From Candidatus Shapirobacteria bacterium (GTDB lineage: Bacteria; Patescibacteriota; Microgenomatia; UBA12405): a DNA stretch of 40,137 nucleotides. The position numbers were made by a program, and so were the translations under genes. Of the stretch, positions 35,739-40,137 are shown in pieces (positions within the stretch are counted from its first letter, which is position 1; each line of letters opens with the position of its first letter). Location: positions 1 to 40,137 of the forward strand of contig JAGOPG010000003.1 of NCBI GenBank assembly GCA_017992115.1, in the 5' to 3' direction. The notes under the pieces were generated by a model. That model did no database searches and was not told where the DNA came from. It saw nothing but the letters and a program-made list of their open reading frames with translations.

Positions 35739-36273
35739 GTTTCTTTTTAAAAAATTTCAAATATAAAACAATTACTCCGATTATGGAAAGCTCAGTAATA
35801 AAAAAAGCCAATAGACGAAGAGGAATTGGAGTGGGAATTATTTTAATATTGATTTTGGAGAGGTATTCCCTACCCTCATAAAGTAATTTGTTTTTATTTC
35901 TATTTTCTGGTTTAGTAAAAACATCGTTTTGCCACTCGTAACCATTGATATAGATTGATTCTTTAAAAGGAAGATGGAATTCTTCCAGATAATAGCTTTT
36001 CATAGTGTCGCGAAAAATAGTTTTGGCTAATTCAGGTGGATGGTTAAGGCGAATTAAAAAGGGGCCATAATAAATGGAACGATAAAAATTGATTACTTCA
36101 GTTCGGGAAAGGTTGGTGTAGTAGCCGGAAACATTTTTCATTTGAACAGTGTCGCCGGGCTCTTGAGATCGAATTGAATCAGGCAAATCTTTTAGTTTAG
36201 GAGTTGGATATAAAAGGTATATTAGGGCAAAAATATTGAAAACTAGTAGGAATATCTTTATTTTTTTGTTCAT
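35731..36273 (-). CDS. hypothetical bitopic membrane protein
   Basis: N-terminal and C-terminal hydrophobic segments with no recognisable motif. It overlaps both neighbours tightly, which suggests it is expressed with the GT operon. Confidence 0.4.
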   Translation of the reverse strand: MNKKIKIFLLVFNIFALIYLLYPTPKLKDLPDSIRSQEPGDTVQMKNVSGYYTNLSRTEVINFYRSIYYGPFLIRLNHPPELAKTIFRDTMKSYYLEEFHLPFKESIYINGYEWQNDVFTKPENRNKNKLLYEGREYLSKINIKIIPTPIPLRLLAFFITELSIIGVIVLYLKFFKKKRV

Positions 36274-36866
36274 TATTGAAAAAGCATAGGTCGGCCTAAG
36301 CGATAATTAGGATTTTTAAGCTGTCTCTCTGAGATTTTTTTGGCAGGTACTCCTCCCCAAATTTCAAAATCCGGAATATCTTTGGTAACAACGGCACCAG
36401 CAGCAACCACAGCTCCGTTACCGATTTTTACGCCTGGCAATATAATGGCTCTGGGACCGATAAAAACATGATTGCCGACAATAACAGGAGCAAAGGAATT
36501 GCCAAAATCAGGGTCGTTTAAATTGTGTTCATCGGTGTAAATCATAACATCGCTGGCAATATCAACATGATCGCCAATAGTTAATTTTCCCCTACCATCC
36601 AAAAAAGCGCCATAGCCAATGATAGTGTTGTGGCCGATTTTAATTCCCGATGGTTTAAAAAAATTAGCGTTTAGATGTATGGTACTGTCAAGTGGCATTT
36701 TAATACCAGAGAGCCAATAAAAAAATTTGCGGATGAGGTGGCTTGGAATAAAACCGACTATTCTCAGGACTAGTAGCCAAAATTCTGAGAAAATTGTTTG
36801 TAAGCGGTTAAGTATTTTTGGAAAAATATTTTGTGGGGTTACTTTTTGACCAATATAATCATTCAT
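36273..36866 (-). CDS. hexapeptide-repeat (LbH) O-acetyltransferase
   Basis: The left-handed beta-helix repeats [15 protein letters not shown]..., [38 protein letters not shown] resemble WcaF/maltose acetyltransferase. There is an N-terminal hydrophobic segment. Confidence 0.8.
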   Translation of the reverse strand: MNDYIGQKVTPQNIFPKILNRLQTIFSEFWLLVLRIVGFIPSHLIRKFFYWLSGIKMPLDSTIHLNANFFKPSGIKIGHNTIIGYGAFLDGRGKLTIGDHVDIASDVMIYTDEHNLNDPDFGNSFAPVIVGNHVFIGPRAIILPGVKIGNGAVVAAGAVVTKDIPDFEIWGGVPAKKISERQLKNPNYRLGRPMLFQ

Positions 36867-36873
36867 AAGCAGA

Positions 36874-37983
36874 TTATACTTGATTAAAGACGGAAATTAA
36901 TTGTTTGGCTGAATTATCCCAGGTGAATCTGGAAGCATTGACAAGGCCAGACTTTATTAATTTTTCGCGAATTGCCTTTTGAGTAATTTTTTTAAATGCG
37001 TCTGTTAAAGTTTTTGTTTTTTTAGGATCTATAAAAAGAGCACTATCGCCCAACACTTCACTTAGGGGAGGGATATTGCTGGCAATGACCGGACAATGTC
37101 TAATTTGGGCTTCAATAGCGGGTATGCCAAAGCCTTCATAGGTGCTGGGAATAATCAGGGAAATAGCCTGTGAATAGAGGCAATCTTTTTCTTTTTCGCT
37201 AATATAGTCAGTAAAAATTACCTCATTTTTTATTTTTAATTTTTTAAGCACTTTTTGAATATCATCAAATAGCCAGCCTTTTTTTCCGGCGATAACGAGC
37301 TGATATGATAGAGCTTTAGTGTTTGAGAGCTTTAGAAAATTAGAAAAAGATTCGATTAAAAAGGGATAATTTTTGTTTGGTTTGAGGGTGCCAAGTGCGA
37401 GAAAATATGGATGGTTAATTTTAAATTTTCTTAAAGTTTGTTGTATATCTGTGTTAGTAATTTTTTGGGGAGAATTAATGCCGTTGTAGACAATAGAAAT
37501 TTTTTGGGGAGGGATTTTGTATTCTTTCTGGAGTTCTTTTTTAGTAAATTCGGAAACGGCTATAATATGAGAGGCTTGTTTTAATGAGCTTTGAGTCCAG
37601 TTGATTAATTGATAGAGATCTTTTTTGGTAAACTGATCTTGATATTGAAGATAACCGATATCATGGATAGTAGGGATTAATTTAATTTTAGAAAAGGCTG
37701 GTAAATAATGACCAGGAGAATAAAATAAATCTAGTTTCTGGGGGTTAAATAAAAGACGAAGAGGAAGAGCAATTTTGGTCCAAAGTTTTTGGGGTTTGAG
37801 GACAACATAATGCCATGATTGATTTTGGGGAGGAAGATCGAAAAGTGGAGCTGATTTGAGATAAATATAAAAAATATGTTCTCGATTGATTTTGGCAAGG
37901 CTATGAAGGAGATTAAAAGCGTATTGACCACTGCCTGTACGACGGGAAACATTGGCCTCATTGCCGTCAATGCCGATTATCAT
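36874..37983 (-). CDS. glycosyltransferase family 4
   Basis: [12 protein letters not shown]-terminus and [25 protein letters not shown]. Confidence 0.8.
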   Translation of the reverse strand: MIIGIDGNEANVSRRTGSGQYAFNLLHSLAKINREHIFYIYLKSAPLFDLPPQNQSWHYVVLKPQKLWTKIALPLRLLFNPQKLDLFYSPGHYLPAFSKIKLIPTIHDIGYLQYQDQFTKKDLYQLINWTQSSLKQASHIIAVSEFTKKELQKEYKIPPQKISIVYNGINSPQKITNTDIQQTLRKFKINHPYFLALGTLKPNKNYPFLIESFSNFLKLSNTKALSYQLVIAGKKGWLFDDIQKVLKKLKIKNEVIFTDYISEKEKDCLYSQAISLIIPSTYEGFGIPAIEAQIRHCPVIASNIPPLSEVLGDSALFIDPKKTKTLTDAFKKITQKAIREKLIKSGLVNASRFTWDNSAKQLISVFNQV

Positions 37984-39119
37984 GCTATTAGTTTACTATA
38001 TAGATCTAAAGTTTCAGAAGCACATTTTGACCAGGAAAATAATTTGGCCTGTTCTATTGCTTTGGAGGCAATTTTTTGGCGATATTTTTTATTCGATAGT
38101 AGTTTTTCAATGCCCTTGTAGATACTTTGAATGGAATTGGGTTTGACTATAATTCCTCCTTCTCCTGCAATTTCGGGAAGTGAGGAAGTATTACTCGTCA
38201 ACACTGGAACTCCGACAGCCATTGATTTGACTAGTGGTAAACCAAAGCCTTCATAAAAGGAAGGGTAAGCCATAAAAAGGGCAGCAGCATGTAGAGCTAC
38301 CATATCTTTTTCTGGGATATATCCAAGTATTTTGATTTGAGGATGCTGGACAGTCGAGACGTCTTGACCCCAGCCGTACTTGCCGCTGATGGCCAGTTCG
38401 ACTTTACTTTTTGGATGTTTTTTTAGATAGCGGTTAAATGCAAGGATAAGATTTTTTAAATTTTTTCTAGGTTCACGGGTACCTTGGGAAAGGATGTAAT
38501 TTCTCAGGCCGTATTGCTTTTCGATGGTATTGATTTTCTTTTGCTGTTCCTGTGGAGAAAGTTTATTGAATTGGAAATATTTGTCTTCAGCGGCTTCATA
38601 GATAAGTTGACATTTGGATTTATCAATCTGAGGAAACACTTTTAGCAGATCGTCCAGAGTGTTTTGGGAAACACAAATGAATTTATGACACTTTCGTGCG
38701 GCCCAATACATTTTTTGTTTATGGGTTTCGACAATTTTTTTGGGTAGCCAATGGGGGTATAAAAAGGGTGTTAGGTCATGGATAGTAGTTACCAACTTGG
38801 CATGGATAGAAGGTGGTTGTGTCCAATCAGAGCAATGAAAAATGTCGCATTTGCCAATAAAAAATTCTATATTGACCAAGTGGAGGCGATTCCACAGAAA
38901 ACTCAATATAGTTAGGGGTATTTTGAATTGATATAGTTTAACGTTTGCTTGCTTACTTAGTTTTTTGATTTCCTCAGGGACTGGCAAACGCATTGAGGTA
39001 AAAAAAAGTTTATAAGTATTTATCTTGTCTTTTTTGAGAAGAGAGCGAACCAAATTTAGAGTGTAGTTGCTAACGCCGGTGCCATAAACGACCGAAGATA
39101 CATCAATACCGATAATCAT
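37980..39119 (-). CDS. glycosyltransferase family 4 (tandem paralog of the previous one)
   Basis: MIIGIDVSSVVYG N-terminus and YPSFYEGFGLPLVKSMAVGVPVLTS. Confidence 0.8.
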   Translation of the reverse strand: MIIGIDVSSVVYGTGVSNYTLNLVRSLLKKDKINTYKLFFTSMRLPVPEEIKKLSKQANVKLYQFKIPLTILSFLWNRLHLVNIEFFIGKCDIFHCSDWTQPPSIHAKLVTTIHDLTPFLYPHWLPKKIVETHKQKMYWAARKCHKFICVSQNTLDDLLKVFPQIDKSKCQLIYEAAEDKYFQFNKLSPQEQQKKINTIEKQYGLRNYILSQGTREPRKNLKNLILAFNRYLKKHPKSKVELAISGKYGWGQDVSTVQHPQIKILGYIPEKDMVALHAAALFMAYPSFYEGFGLPLVKSMAVGVPVLTSNTSSLPEIAGEGGIIVKPNSIQSIYKGIEKLLSNKKYRQKIASKAIEQAKLFSWSKCASETLDLYSKLIA

Positions 39120-39334
39120 TCATTGCTTGGACCAACTATTTCTGAAGCTGGAATCCATTTTTCACTGCCAATTTTTCTAATTTCTATACCATTGGGAGAA
39201 GCTCTGACTTCGACAACCGGTTTGATTGACATACGCTGTTTATTTTTTTTTAGACGGGCAATCCATTCCCCACTTCTGGTATTAAAATACCAATTATAAT
39301 TATTCTCACTTTCTGGATCGTAAGGATTTGGCAT
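39116..39334 (-). CDS. hypothetical 72-aa protein
   Basis: The ORF has a 4-nt stop/start overlap with the downstream GT4 gene. It is hydrophilic and has no motif I recognise. Confidence 0.35.
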   Translation of the reverse strand: MPNPYDPESENNYNWYFNTRSGEWIARLKKNKQRMSIKPVVEVRASPNGIEIRKIGSEKWIPASEIVGPSNE

Positions 39335-39371
39335 ATGTTATTTTAACATATATGCTAATATTAGGGTAATT

Positions 39372-39842
39372 TTAATTGTTAGGAGAATTTATTTTAAGAT
39401 AATCGCCACTGTTTAAATTTAATTTTTTGGCACTTCCGGCGTTGAGTTCGATGACGTAGAGGCTGGGACGGGAAGAGGTGTATTTTTTCAAATTACTATC
39501 GTTTACTCCGATTTCTGGCTGAGCGGTATAAATATCTGATATTTGTTTATTTTGATCAATAAAAATTATGTCTAAGGGAATAAGAGTATCTTTCATCCAA
39601 AAAGTTTGGACGGAAAGTATTGGGAATTTAAAAAGCATGCCGCAATTTTGACACAGTTCTTGGCGGTTACCTAAGCCTTTGGCCAATAGATAGGGAGTAT
39701 CGGCGATTTCAAGCGTAAAATCCTGATCTTTTATTTTTTGGGTTATAGTTTTGAGATTAGACTTGGAGGTGAATAGACGAAGAGATGAGAAGATTAGAAG
39801 TAGAACAACAACAAAAATAATTATATATGTAGTTTTTGACAT
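39372..39842 (-). CDS. DUF192-domain protein with N-terminal membrane anchor/signal
   Basis: GMLFKFP...FWMKDTLIPLDIIFID matches the DUF192 core (GM.F....FWMKNT.IPLD..F.D). Confidence 0.7.
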   Translation of the reverse strand: MSKTTYIIIFVVVLLLIFSSLRLFTSKSNLKTITQKIKDQDFTLEIADTPYLLAKGLGNRQELCQNCGMLFKFPILSVQTFWMKDTLIPLDIIFIDQNKQISDIYTAQPEIGVNDSNLKKYTSSRPSLYVIELNAGSAKKLNLNSGDYLKINSPNN

Positions 39843-40137
39843 AGCATTTCCCCTATTTTATCCCAAGTGTAATTACTTGATAGATAAGAAGATGAGTAGT
39901 GGAGAAGATTAGAAGTAATACTAGATGGTAATTTGAGGATTTTGGAAGCGAGGTCTTGAGGGTCGTTTTGTTTAAAAATCAGGCCACCTTTGGTTTTGTT
40001 GATAATTTCTATTGAAGCGGGGATATTGGCGGCGATAACAGGACGAGAGCGGGCTAGGGCTTCGATGAGGACAAGACCAAAAGATTCCTGAGTTGAGGGA
40101 GAAATGAGGATAGAAGAACGGTCCAATAAAGCAGATA
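39821..40137 (-). CDS. glycosyltransferase family 4, C-terminal part only (continues past the 3' edge of the window)
   Basis: ISPSTQESFGLVLIEALARSRPVIAANIP (E-x7-E). The frame stays open to position 40137. Confidence 0.7.
   Translation of the reverse strand, partial: SALLDRSSILISPSTQESFGLVLIEALARSRPVIAANIPASIEIINKTKGGLIFKQNDPQDLASKILKLPSSITSNLLHYSSSYLSSNYTWDKIGEMLCQKLHI

Noticed and set aside
39333-39351. Perfect 8-bp inverted repeat ATATGTTA-ttt-TAACATAT overlapping the start codon of the 72-aa ORF
   Set aside because: It is almost pure A/T with a 3-nt loop, so the hairpin would be very weak. In this AT-rich DNA an 8-bp palindrome is plausible by chance. It is not followed by a U-tract in the transcribed orientation.
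1-40137. Alternative genetic code (UGA recoded, as in some CPR lineages)
   Set aside because: TGA works as a stop at several ATGA junctions. The proteins end at their expected conserved C-termini, for example ileS before the RodA-like gene and the PLP enzyme before the ATP-grasp. The standard bacterial code fits.
1-40137. CRISPR arrays, IS elements, integrases, prophage or toxin-antitoxin modules
   Set aside because: I saw no spaced direct-repeat array and no transposase-, integrase- or phage-like ORF. Nearly all DNA is accounted for by housekeeping, cell-wall and glycan genes. I cannot exclude short repeats without a computational scan.

Overview
This is an AT-rich, very gene-dense bacterial window. 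All family calls below were made by eye from motifs in the supplied translations; no database search or alignment was run.

Layout: four features lie outside the main array: a 5'-partial lipase-like gene, a tRNA-Val(CAC), lepB, and one unlisted 54-codon ORF on the + strand. Everything else from 2220 to the 3' edge is a single co-directional minus-strand array with many ATGA start/stop overlaps. This operon style, the shortened proteins and the DUF4012/DUF192 genes suggest a Patescibacteria/CPR-like genome. That is inference only.

Gene order on the minus strand, right to left:
- A ~13-kb surface-glycan locus: GT4 and GT2 glycosyltransferases, a hexapeptide acetyltransferase, a Wzy_C/O-antigen-ligase-like membrane protein, GDP-mannose pyrophosphorylase, a small polyprenyl-phosphate sugar transferase and a DUF4012 protein.
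- recO, glyQS and a lipoprotein.
- A rearranged dcw cluster: rsmH, ftsL, ftsI, murE-like, a Bpt/ATE-like gene, a murC/mpl-like gene, murA, mraY, an NlpC/P60 gene, a LysW-like ORF on the opposite strand, a PLP fold-type-II enzyme, an ATP-grasp ligase, ftsW, murG, ftsA, ftsZ.
- ileS, a second SEDS gene, rplU-rpmA and parB.

Most interesting: the dcw cluster lacks mraZ, murF, murD, murB, ddl and ftsQ in their usual slots. In their place it carries:
- a Bpt/ATE-family aminoacyl-tRNA transferase-like gene between two Mur ligases;
- a MurE-like ligase with no N-terminal UDP-binding domain;
- a signal-peptide-less NlpC/P60 peptidase;
- a LysW-like zinc-ribbon ORF;
- a PLP enzyme and an ATP-grasp ligase chained to ftsW by ATGA overlaps.

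Together these look like a candidate non-canonical or salvage-type route for peptidoglycan stem-peptide assembly. This is a hypothesis, not shown. I saw no CRISPR array, transposase, integrase or rRNA.
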